From assembly GCF_009914755.1 (NCBI RefSeq), contig NC_060925.1: a stretch of 64,000 nt of DNA. One strand, written 5' to 3'. Below, one piece after another: positions 15,925-26,151 of the stretch. This DNA is from the human T2T-CHM13v2.0 reference genome, Homo sapiens. The notes beneath the pieces were generated by a model, which was not told where the DNA came from, did not search any database, and was given only the letters and a program-made list of their open reading frames with translations. Made by a program: the position numbers and the translations under genes. The stretch's first letter is position 1; the number at the start of each line of letters is the position of its first letter.

Positions 15925-16768
15925 TGTTCTATAAGGAAAAACAAACTAAAGCGCTTTTTCTATTCTCTCACTCAACAATCAACACAGAAGACTTCTGTGA
16001 CTAAAGGTGATGGGGTTAAGCCCATACACCAAGCAAACAATCAATCCTATGGCAGACACCAGCTGGGTGTCCTTCAATTCAGTTTTGACACTATCTACCT
16101 GGAAATAACGCCAGGTCTGCTGGGTGAGGGCTAAGTCTCATAAGACATCCCCGTTTCCAATACCAATTATAAGCCTCAAGTTCTTTTTACCTGTGTGTCT
16201 GACCAGTCAAATCAGCTGTAAGTCTGGGTTACCACAGCCCCCTTCTTGGGTTCAATTAATTTGCTAGAGCAGCCCACAGAACTCATGGAGGCATCTACAT
16301 TTAGCAGTTTATTGTAAAGGATATCGCAAGAGATGCAGATGAAGAGATGCATAGGGTGAGGTATAGGGAAAGGCTGTGGAGCTTGCATGCTCTCTCCAGG
16401 TTCACCACCTTCCAGGAACCTCCACGTCTTCAGCTATCTGGAAGCCCTCTGAACCCAGTCCTTGAGGGTTTTTATGGAGGCATCATTCTGTAGGCATGAC
16501 TGATTAAATCACTGGCCATTGGTGTTCTGCTTAACATTCATCCCTTCTTCCCTCCATGGAGGTTGGGGGCTGGGTCTGACTATCTTAATTCTCTAATTCT
16601 GCCTTGGTCTTTCAGGTGCCCAGCTCCCATCCTGAAGCTACGTAGGGACTACTAGCCATTTGTCAACTCATTAACATACAAGTACCACTTTAAGGAATCC
16701 AAGGATTTTAGTAGTTGTATGCCTGGAAACCTGTTGAAGACCAAATATATGCTTCAGAGTATATACAT
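15925..16768 (-). mobile_element. MER21-type LTR
   Basis: GACACCAGCTGGGTGTCCTTCAATTCAGTTTTGACACTATCTACCTGGA...TTAATTTGCTAGAGCAGC...GAAGACCAAATATAT are characteristic of MER21B/C in reverse orientation. Confidence 0.75.
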
Positions 16769-17736
16769 GTGAATACCATTTGATTTTTTATTCTAAAATT
16801 TATCTTGAGCTACTAGTCAAGTTTGCAAGGATTTCAATACACATGAACTTATTGTAGCTTTGTTTGTAATAATGAAAATGAGAAATTCCACGGTGATTAG
16901 GTTTGAAATATACCTGTGCACAGCATGTGTTGAGATGAGAAAATATCTGTGATCTATTAAGTGAATTTATTTGCCAAGAAATCTTGAGCCTGCTATTCCC
17001 TGGGTTAGTTTCTGAATTCTTGCATTTCTTTCTTACCATGAGAAGCTTGCCATGTTGAGGGTGATTATAATTTTTAAAGTTTATATTTTTTACTCTATCT
17101 GGCTCATAATACTTGACCTAAAGTTCTGACAGAAGCTGGAAGATAAACTGGTGTGTGAGAAATTACCTTAGTCTGGGTGTTTCCAAGGCAGAAGCTGTGT
17201 CCAGTGCACATGTTCTGTGATCCCAGAGAGCAGGAAAGGGCAAGGACAAAGAGGGTTTGGCCATGACCAAGGGTGACTGGTGCTCCATCCTTCTGGAAAC
17301 TGGGAGCTTTGTGAAATGCATCTTACTTCAGGAAGTGTGTCTCCACTGGCTTACATCCCCACAGTCAATGTGGCCTGGGTCCTTCACTCTCCACATTTCT
17401 CAGCTGTGCATGCTGTGGTGATGCATGACCCTCACAGTGTGCAGCATGGGAGGAAACCCATACATGAAGTAGAGGGTTCACAGAGCAGGTTTGGGATGAT
17501 CCAGGTTTTCTGTCCTGTGAGAAGCCATCAAAGCCTATGGTTGCTGCAAGAGGAATAAAAGAAAAGATGGAGCCTAGAAAATTCTGACATATTCGGCTGA
17601 AAAGGGACCTGGCATCGAAAGACAAGTGGTGTCCAATATGGCATGTTAGCATTTTCCTCTTCATTTACTATAACTTAAATCCAAGTAAGATGGGACTTCC
17701 CTCTATTTAGAAAGGTCTTCTTTCACTTTCTTTCAG

Positions 17737-17851
17737 GATTTACTGCCTCAAGATGGTTATGTTGGAGGATTCCAATAGTTCTACTGGATGTGGAGCCAGA
17801 AATTGTGTGGAATGCCTGGTGTTTCTTTCAGTTCTTGGATGCCAATCTGAG
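17737..17851 (+). other. GCSAML: Probable 115-nt 5'UTR exon of long GCSAML transcripts (contains uATG at 17753)
   Basis: Strong acceptor TTCTTTCACTTTCTTTCAG|G and donor GAG|GTACAA in non-repetitive sequence; the position fits my recollection of an upstream non-coding GCSAML exon. Confidence 0.65.
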
Positions 17852-18391
17852 GTACAAATCACATTTCAAGTGTATTTCCTTGGGTTCTGGAGAGGATGTC
17901 TTCATTTTCTGTTAAGCATTTAGGGAGCAGTTGGGTGAGCACATGACCAATCAGCCTGAGCATTTAAGGCAGTTGGAGGAGAGTGTGAGTTATGGTCATC
18001 ATTCTCCTCTGTGCCAAACAGGGGCTGATGGATGGTCAGGGCAAAGCACAGTGCTGTCCTCATGGTTCTGGGAGGGTCTGCGTTGTCTGCTATCCCCACA
18101 TAAACTGATGAGGACCTGCACTCCTGTCCTGAGTTGACACCCAGCCTTGAGGTCAAGAAGATGACAGATATTTGGGGTAACGGGTCCCAGAGGGTCCTAC
18201 TGCCACTTCCTCATTGCTTTCTCTGGAGGTTCTACCAACTTGACTACTGAGCTTAAACAAAGCCATGAACTGGCAGATGAAAATTACAGTGCATTCAAAC
18301 TCCAGAGATTTTTAATTAGTCTTTTCAAGAGGTTAGGGAAAGTTTTTAGTATTCAGATTGAAGTTTTTCTTCAGATCTTGAATGTTTGAAA

Positions 18392-18805
18392 ATTTTTTTA
18401 TTTTAGCTTTTAGTGGACATATAATAATTGAACATATTTCTGGGGTAAACAGTGATGTTTGGAAGCACATAATGTATAGTGATCAGATAAGTGTGATTAG
18501 AATATCCATCATCTCAAACATTTATCGTTTCTTCGTGCTGGGAACATTCAATATCCTCCTTCTAGCTGTTTGAAAATACAGAATATATTATTGTTATGGT
18601 CATCCCGCAGTGGTATAGAACACTAGAACTTACTCCTCCAATGGAGCTGTAATTTTGTATCCTTTAACAAATCTCTTCTCATTCCCCCACCCCTGCTATC
18701 CATTCCCAGCCTCAAGTATCCTCTGTTCTACTTATTTCTATGAGATCAACCCTTTTTTAGCTTTCACAGATGAATGAGAACATGCAGTATTTAACTTTCT
18801 CAAAA
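18392..18805 (-). mobile_element. L1MA-type 3' end
   Basis: T-rich tail, then ...ATATCCATCATCTCAAACATTTATC...GGAACATTCAATATCCTCCTTCTAGC...ATGAGATCAAC...ATGAATGAGAACATGCAGTATT. Confidence 0.8.
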
Positions 18806-19019
18806 ATTTTATCTAATACTTTAAAAGTTATGATTTCCCCCATTTGTTTCTGTTTCTTCGGTCTTTGGGTTCTAAACTGAGTAAAAAATGTCAGTAACTT
18901 GATTTCCTACCTTCCTGACTCATAATAATGTTATCATGTGTCTCTGACTCCTAGAGTACCTGCTGTCTGCTTTTTTACTTCCCCTTCCCCCACCCCCAAG
19001 CCCCCAAAATTGTATAATT

Positions 19020-19290
19020 ATTTTTTAAATTTCATTTTAGTTTGTTTTTAATTCACAAATAACAATTGTACACACTTATGGGGTGCAGTATGATGTTTTG
19101 ATACATGTATACTTGTGTAATGATCAAATCAAGGTAATTAACATATCCATTACCTCAAACACTTGTCATTTCTTTGTGGTGAGAGCATTCAAAATCCTGT
19201 CTTCACAACATGCATGAACCTAGAAGACATTGTGTTAAGTGAAATAAGCCAAACACAAAGGGACAAATCCTGCATGATCTCACCCATATT
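19020..19290. mobile_element. L1MA 3' fragment with internal inversion (minus 19020-19203, plus 19204-19290)
   Basis: A minus-strand L1MA 3' end switches abruptly to plus-strand CAACATGCATGAACCTAGAAGACATTGTGTTAAGTGAAATAAGCCA (ORF2 end). Confidence 0.7.
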
Positions 19291-19299
19291 TCATGTTTA

Positions 19300-21070
19300 G
19301 CCAACTGTTAAAGAAGGAAAAAGCATGGGCCAGTTTACAAATGAATCTGCATTATACACCAGCAACAGAAAGAAGCAAATGGCATTAAACCACAGTACCC
19401 CTCCAGGTGTTGCTGAAAGATGGTGAGGAAGGGAAACTTCCCAGTGGTCAAACTACAGGCAGTTTAGCTGGTTGTTAATTTTTTATAGAAGGAGACAGGC
19501 ACAGAAGTTTGGATATGCACTGATTTAGGAGCATTGGATAACAAGTTATTATTTTGCTGAGAGATTTGTGAAGAATAAGGCTGGAAAATTAATGGCAGGC
19601 AAATCTGGAGAAGAGGACATTGAAGAATTTCCTGAAAAGTGCACAGATCATGAAGATATCTGTCTGACATAAATGCCCATGAGAGGGCATCCACTGCAGA
19701 GATGGATCTTGGTGGTATGGTAGATAAGATGACTCATCTAGTAGGTAATCAGTCAATCTCTTTTGCCAGCAGGCTTGCTCATTGAGCCTATGAGAAATTT
19801 AACATGGAAGCAGGGATGGAAACTATGAATGGGCTCAGCATTATGACATTTCTCTCACCAAGGTTAGCATGTGATTTGGCACTATTTCCAGGCGTCTGGC
19901 TGGACTAGTAGCATAGTGATTACTCTGGACTCCTTTGAGCATAGAGTAAGCAATGTTAGTCTTTATAGGGACAGAATAATATTCTGGGGACAGTTTTGTC
20001 TTCCATGCCCGAACCATTTACATAGTGAACAAAGCCTTAATCATCACCATGGCATCCCCTGCAATATCACCTGTAACCAGGAAACATATTTCACAGCAAA
20101 AGGGGTGTGGCAATAGAATTGCCCTTGGAATTCATGATTCATACTTCATACCTCAATATTCAGAAGCAGTGGGCTTGACTGAATGATGGAATGGGCTTTA
20201 TTGAATGATGGAATGGCCTGCTGAAGGTTTAGTTATTGAAGCTGAGAAACAATACTGTGTAAATAAGCACTGCTTTCCTGCAGGCTGCAGTGTATGCCCT
20301 AAACCTGCAGTCACCGTAACCTGATACATGAGTCCAGAAACCAACAAGACATGAGAGTGTCTCGTACATGATGCATAATAATCCAGTTGAAGAATGTTGC
20401 TTCACTTCACTGAAAGTTTGGGTTTGGTGTGATGGTTCATTTTACGTATCAACTTGGTTGGACTATGGTGCCCAGTTTTTGTTCAAACACAAGCCTCGGT
20501 GTTACTGTGAAGGTGTTTTTTTTTTTTTTTTTTTTGATGCGATTAACATTTAAATCAGTAGACTTTTAGTAAAGCAGATTACCCTTTATAATGTGAGTGG
20601 GTCTCATCCCATCAGTTGAAAGCCTTAAGAGAAAAGACTGACCTGCTTCCAAAAAGAGGGAATTTTGCCTCCAGACTTTGAACTCAAGCTGCAACATCAA
20701 CCTCTGTCAAAATTTACAGCCTGCTGGCTTGCCCTGCAAATTTCAGACTTGCCAGTTCCCTAAATTGTGTGAGCCTATTTCTTAACTCTCAATCTCTCTC
20801 ACTCTTTTTTCTCTCTCTCCCCCTCAGGGTGTGTGTGTGTGTGTGTATTCTCTTTTACACATATTTTTGGTTCTGTTTCTCTGGAGAACCCTGACTAATA
20901 CAGTGAATTGGAAGATCCTAGTACGAAAGGAAAGACTACTTTAATGACTACTTTCATATTATATACATATATATAATAAAATCAAAAACAGGAACTGCCA
21001 CATGGTTTTGGTCTTCCCATGCCTTTGAATCATCAGGCAGAGAATGAGGTTACTCTATTGATAGAGGTGA
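19300..21070 (+). mobile_element. Decayed ERVL-class internal (pol: RNaseH/integrase/dUTPase-like) sequence interrupted by an MLT2 LTR
   Basis: GAAAGATGGTGAGGAAGGGAAACTTCCCAGTGG (~KDSGEGKSSQW), TTCATACCTCAATATTCAGAAGCAGTGGGCTTGACTGAATGATGGAATGG (~HPEAAGLIERWNG) and CTGCCACATGGTTTTGGTCTTCCCATGCC (~LPPGHFGLLMP). No intact ORF. Confidence 0.65.
20428..20902 (+). mobile_element. ERVL solo LTR (MLT2-type)
   Basis: TGTGATGGTTCATTTTACGTATCAACTTGG...GTAAAGCAGATTACCCTT...TCTCTGGAGAACCCTGACTAATACA. Confidence 0.85.
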
Positions 21071-21519
21071 ACTCTAGTGATAGGTTACTCTATTGATAGA
21101 AGTTCTTTAACATCTGGAAAGACTAGCTGTTGTAAATTAGGACTCGTTTGTCCTTTAGATACACTGTATACATAGATAAGTAAAACAAAATGCACAATCA
21201 TAAGAAACAATGGTGAATCTCGCCTCACTGTAAGCACACTGGCTTAGAGCTCTCTGCACCTCCCTTTTCCCCTCCTTCCCTGAACCAGTCCACAAACACC
21301 ATGCCATCCCCCCCCCCACAAAATAACATTTCCTATGAATTTTAACAAAAAGTTATTTACAAAATGTGTCATTTTACTACCTCTAATTTTAACATGTATC
21401 AGGTACTTCAGAACATCTAGAAGAAACAGACATCTCAAAAAAGCTTAGCGTTGTCACCTCTATATACAGAAGTAATAAAATGCACACAAAACAATGGATA
21501 GAATATGAAAATGTCTTGG

Positions 21520-22080
21520 AAATACGACCCGTCAGGACTAGGTAGGTCTCGCCCAACTGCGACAGAGCGGTCGCCCAGGACGTGGACCTGCCGGCTCCGT
21601 GGCCTAAACGGGCAGCCGAGCCCGCGCCTCTGGACCGCCTTCCTCGCCCTCCACAGCCTAACGGCCTCCGGGCGCATTTGGGCGGCGCCATGTTTCCTCC
21701 CCGCTTACCGCCGCCACCCGAAGGCGCTGAGTCCCGGCGGCTCGGCGCGGTCTTGGTCTGGGTCGGTGGGGTTGGGCCGGGAGACCCGCGGCCGGCGGGG
21801 TCCAGGCTGGGGGAGGCCGCCGCTGCCACCAGGTCCCCGAGGTAGGGTAGGAAGAGGTTCGCCGCGGCTTCAAGGCCTGGGCCGAGCCGGGGAGCCACAG
21901 CGAGGGTTCCGGAGCCTGCAAGGCGGAGTCCCGGGCTCAGCTCACCCCAGGCGCAGGCCTGAGGGCTGGGAGGGCTCCGGGGGCTCTGGGGAACAGGCCG
22001 GCTCCGGTCTCCCCGCGCGCTCTCAGCGTCGTCAAAGTTTATTATCCACGGAGCGTCCTGGAATCCACCCGCTTCGGATA
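21520..22080. promoter_or_regulatory. CpG island 2, immediately 3' of OR2C3; YY1-like CGCCATGTT (21686-21694), minus-strand donor GCG|GTAAGC (21709/21708), plus-strand donor-like GAG|GTAGGG (21841/21842); likely promoter of the antisense lncRNA (GCSAML-AS1 from memory)
   Basis: Sharp GC/CpG-rich block between AT-rich flanks. Motifs were read directly; the lncRNA assignment is recalled, not shown by the sequence. Confidence 0.7.
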
Positions 22081-22368
22081 CTGAGGAACAGCTGAACAAC
22101 AACGCAAGGAGTTTACAAAACAAGATGACAGTCAACATGTGTATATATAGCAAAAACCAACAACGCAATTGAACAAAACTATGATAATTAGCAAATAATA
22201 AATGTATTTTCTTGGTCTGGAAATGGCATGAGCACACTCCTTTCAGATTTCCATCTACCTTGAGCTCAAACAATATTAGAAGAAAAACGACATCCCAAGT
22301 GCCCTGTCTTCCAAGGTCACTTTGCTCGATGTAAACTTGATCTTCCTTCTCAGAAGGCACTGGAGTCT

Positions 22369-23331
22369 CTAAATTTGCGCCAGCTTGCCTGCAGAGCCAC
22401 AGCAGTTCTCTAATACCATGTGCCGGAGGGCGCTCTTCACCTCCGTGTTCCTCAGGGTGTAAATAAGTGGGTTCAGCGCAGGAGTGACTACGGTGTAGAA
22501 CAGAGCTATGAACTTGCCCTGCTCATGGGAGGTGCTCTTGGCTGGCTGGAGATACATGAAGATGATGCTCCCGTAAAACAGAGACACCACAGCCACGTGG
22601 GAAGAACAGGTGTTGAATGCCTTTCTCCGCCCTTCTGCTGACCTGATCTTCAACACGGCCCGGGCAATGTGGCCGTAAGAGACCAGGATGAGCCCCAGAG
22701 GCAGGACAACAAAGACAAAGCTGGCCAGGTACATCTCCATCTCATTGAGGCTGGTATCCACACAAGCCAGTTGCATAATGAGGGGCATCTCGCAAAAGAA
22801 GTGGTCGATGCAATTGTTCCCACACAGCGGTAGGAGCATGGTGAGCGTGGAGCCCACCATGCTGGTGGTCAGACCCCCCAGCCAGGAGGCCAAAGCTAGC
22901 CCAAGGCAAAGCTGTGGATGCATAATGACAGTGTAATGGAGTGGCCTGCAGATGGCAGCGTAGCGGTCATAGGACATGGTGGCCAGCAGGACACACTCGG
23001 TTGCCCCCAGCCAATGGGAGATATAGAACTGGACCACACACCCTCCATAGCTTATGGTTTTCTGTGGTCCCCAGAGGTTAGCCAGGAGCTGTGGGACAAT
23101 GCTCGTGGTGAAGCTCATGTCCAGGAAGGAGAGGTTGGCAAGAAAGAAGTACATAGGTGTGTGGAGGTGCACATCTGTATGGGAGACCAGAATGATGATG
23201 CCATTGCCCAAGATCGATACCATGTAAAAACTCAAGACAACTATGAAGAGGACAGTTTCTAGTGAGGGTCGTGCGGAGAAGCCCAGGAGGACAAAGACTT
23301 CTGGAGAACTCACATTGGCTATTTCCATCAT
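22369..23331 (-). CDS. OR2C3: Olfactory receptor 2C3, 320 aa, intact single coding exon
   Basis: MMEIANVSSPEVFVLLGF...LHTPMYFFLANLS...MSYDRYAAICRPLHY...KAFNTCSSH...PALNPLIYTLRN...GKLAQI*: all class II OR motifs present. Splice acceptor TCTTCCCACAG|G lies 29 nt upstream of the ATG (exon start 23360), and a minus-strand AATAAA is at 22043-22038. Confidence 0.96.
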   Translation of the reverse strand: MMEIANVSSPEVFVLLGFSARPSLETVLFIVVLSFYMVSILGNGIIILVSHTDVHLHTPMYFFLANLSFLDMSFTTSIVPQLLANLWGPQKTISYGGCVVQFYISHWLGATECVLLATMSYDRYAAICRPLHYTVIMHPQLCLGLALASWLGGLTTSMVGSTLTMLLPLCGNNCIDHFFCEMPLIMQLACVDTSLNEMEMYLASFVFVVLPLGLILVSYGHIARAVLKIRSAEGRRKAFNTCSSHVAVVSLFYGSIIFMYLQPAKSTSHEQGKFIALFYTVVTPALNPLIYTLRNTEVKSALRHMVLENCCGSAGKLAQI

Positions 23332-23454
23332 TGTATGCTGGGGGTGGGGCAAAAGGCCACCTGTGGGAAGAGCACAGGGCATACAGGGCATGAGACATGA
23401 AGCAATTACATCAGTTAGCAAACATTAAAAGTGTATTTTAGTTCATTTTATGTT

Positions 23455-23582
23455 ATTCTTTTTTAGAGACACAATCTCACTGTGTTGCCCGGGCTAACTT
23501 CAAACTCTTGGGATCAAGCAATCCTCCCACCTCAACTTCCTTGGTAGGTTGAGAATACAGGCACATACTACCATGTCTGGCT
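23455..23582 (-). mobile_element. Alu monomer (FLAM-like)
   Basis: TTTTAGAGACAC...TCAAGCAATCCTCCCACCTC...ACCATGTCTGGC. Confidence 0.75.
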
Positions 23583-24067
23583 AAAAGTACATTTTATACC
23601 CATTGTTTTCAAAAGTAGCCACTCAACAGCTACGTGGATGGCATTGCATTACCTTCCTCACGGCCAACTTGGACTGTATAATAAAAGACTGGGTGGGGTG
23701 TTCACTGTCTGGGGAAAATGGACATTCATGCAAAATCCTTAGCACTGCTTTTTTAAAATGGAAATATTATAGTAACAACATCTATATGCAACCTAAATGT
23801 TTAGCAATAAAGGGTTAGTCAGGTAGAGGGTGGTCATTCATGTGATGAACCACTGTACAGGCATTAAAATTGTGCCCTCTCAAATTCCACAATCATCTGC
23901 AAGTTTTTGCTGTCGTTAACTATATCCAGTTTTTTATCCCTTCTCACCACCCCTACTCCTGCCACTCTGGCCCATCTTGCCATCATTTATCATCTGAATT
24001 TTGATCTAATACTCTAACTCATCTCTCTGCTTCTCCTTTGCTCCCCTTCCAAGTACTCTCAAAAAAG

Positions 24068-24700
24068 TGTTGGGGCTCAGAAAATGATACCCCACCATGA
24101 AGGCCTCAGAAGCAAAAGTTTCTCTTTCTCCTGCCTTCTTGTCCGTGGCCCCTCATTCTTCCCCGCAGTTAGCCATAGAAATTAGAATCCCTCTTCCCCA
24201 AGGTGACACATAGAAACCAGAGCCCCTTTTCCTCAAAGCCAGCCATAAAACCTAAAAATGTTACTCTAACTTTCCCTCCACCTTTCTGTGTTAAAACTAG
24301 CCATAAATAAATTATCTGACCTACCTTACTGGATTGTAGATCATAAGACCTCCATTCCAGAGAGGTCTTATTCCATACCAAGAAAAAAGGAACACTGCTC
24401 AGAGAGGCCAAAAAGAATCTCACGATGGGTCTTGCTGGGCTTCTTCACTCAGTCCATCAGTATTAGATCATGCCCTTCATGTTCAATCATATTTCTACAT
24501 GGCTGTCCATATGGCTTTGAACCTAAGCATAAAAATGGGAAGTTTCTCTTGTATCTTTGGATTCTCATCTGAAGGCTCCTCTGTTATGTAAAACTATGAT
24601 CAAATAAATGTGTATGTCTTTTCTCCTATGAATCTGCCATTTGTCAGTTGATTTCTGTGAAATTTCAGAGGACAAAGGTGAAATTTTCCCTCACTCCTAC
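24068..24700 (+). mobile_element. MER39-like solo LTR (ERV1/MER4 group)
   Basis: TGTTGGGGCTCAGAAAATGATACCCC...TAGCCATAGAAATTAGAATCCCTCTTCCCCAAGG...GCCAGCCATAAAACCTAAAAAT. A related copy lies in reverse at 42409-43040. Confidence 0.8.
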
Positions 24701-25848
24701 GAAAGCAATCACAGGATTACATTAAGACATATGATCACATCAGTCTGCTGCTCAACACCCTCATTGTCTTGGTACAAGGCTTGCAGCTGCAGTTTGCTAT
24801 ACTTACAGTGCTTTCTCCCCAAGACATCCACACACCCCCTTCCTCACCTTCTTCAGGTCATTTTTGAAAAGTCACCTTCTGACTGAGGCCCTCCCTGACT
24901 GTGTTATATAATATTGAAAACCCTCACAACTCCCTTCTCTCTCTTTCCTGAATTATTTTTATGTAAGGTGATAATCTTATAACAAATAAACTACTCTTAT
25001 TTCTTTTGTTTGCTACCCGTCTCACTCCACTAGATCATAAATTCCATGGAGCCATAGTTTTATCTTTTGTTTACCTCTGGGTCCCCAGTGTCTAACCCAC
25101 TGTCTGATACACAGTAGTCCCTTAATCAATATTCATGGACGTGCATCATGAAACAGGTTGCTAGAAAGGTTCTGTGGGGTGGAAGAGGCAGGACTAGAGT
25201 AATATGAAGGCAGAGTGGAAGGACTCAGCATAAACTTTCGGTAGTGTTGTCAGGAGAGAGCTCTTGGAACTGCCAGAGTCATGCAGAAGGGTCTGGACTA
25301 TCCTCTGCTTTTGTACAGTTGGAATAAAACGAGCACGATTTAGCAGGGGCAGTGCATAAAGTCAGAAACTGGACAATTTCAGTGTGCTTCCGATGTCCCT
25401 GAAGACCTTTGGGGCCCTTCTTTGCAAAACATTAATTCTAGCCTGTATTTTAAAAAGGAGAATCAATTTATTATAGTTAAGATTCACCCAGATTAGGGGA
25501 ACAGAGCAGCTGTGAACTTAACTATCAGCCTTCTTAAAATCCCAGAGAGTAGAATTTACCTATCCCTGTAACTGGAAGTCAATTAAACAAAATAGACATG
25601 AACAGACATGTGCATTCAGTTTTAAAAATACAGGTAGGTTTTCCATTGTGCATGTATAGAAATGAGGCTCAGAAAACTCTAGGCATTTGTTAAAATTCAC
25701 ACGTGGAAGCTGTCCCATTGTGGACTTACTGTGTCAGAATACTGAGACAATCATCTGGCCTGCATATAGTAGGCCAGGGAAGCATTAATACTATGGGAGA
25801 AGGCATCCTGGAGAATACATTCCAACCTCCTCCAAATCAGGGAGGCAA

Positions 25849-26151
25849 GCCGGGGGCGGTGGCTCATGCCTGTATTCCTAGCACTTTGGGAGGCTGAAGT
25901 GGGGGGAATCACTTGAGCTCAGGAGTTTGAGACCAGCTTGGGCAACATAGTGAGAGATTGTCTTTACAAAAAAATAAAATAAAATGACTGAGTGTGGCTG
26001 TGTGTGCCTGTAGTCTCAGCTACTTGGGAAGCTGAGGCTAGAGGATGGCTTCAACCCACGAGATCAAGGCTGTAATGAGGCATGATTGTGCTACTGCACT
26101 CCAGCCTGGGCAACAGAGCAAGACCCTGTCTCAAAACAACAACAAACAAAC
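25849..26151 (+). mobile_element. AluJ-like element with TSD
   Basis: Dimeric Alu flanked by AATCAGGGAGG on both sides. Confidence 0.9.

Noticed and set aside
17940-17970. CCAAT plus TATA-like (CATTTAAGG) arrangement as a promoter
   Set aside because: Short motifs with atypically tight spacing and no other support; the chance occurrence rate is high.
10962-20902. Two co-oriented MLT2 LTRs as the ends of one provirus
   Set aside because: The copies are quite divergent, the interval is mostly unrelated repeats and unique DNA, and ERVL-like internal sequence continues beyond the second LTR.
21389-22360. 323-aa minus-strand ORF directly after the OR2C3 stop
   Set aside because: It starts at GTG, is out of frame with OR2C3 (8-nt gap), owes most of its length to the stop-poor CpG island, has low-complexity Pro/Gly/Arg composition and no recognisable domain.
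23332-23421. 30-aa N-terminal extension of OR2C3 in the ORF track (350 aa)
   Set aside because: It starts at TTG and crosses a clear splice acceptor at 23361/23360; the real start is the MMEIANVS ATG at 23331.
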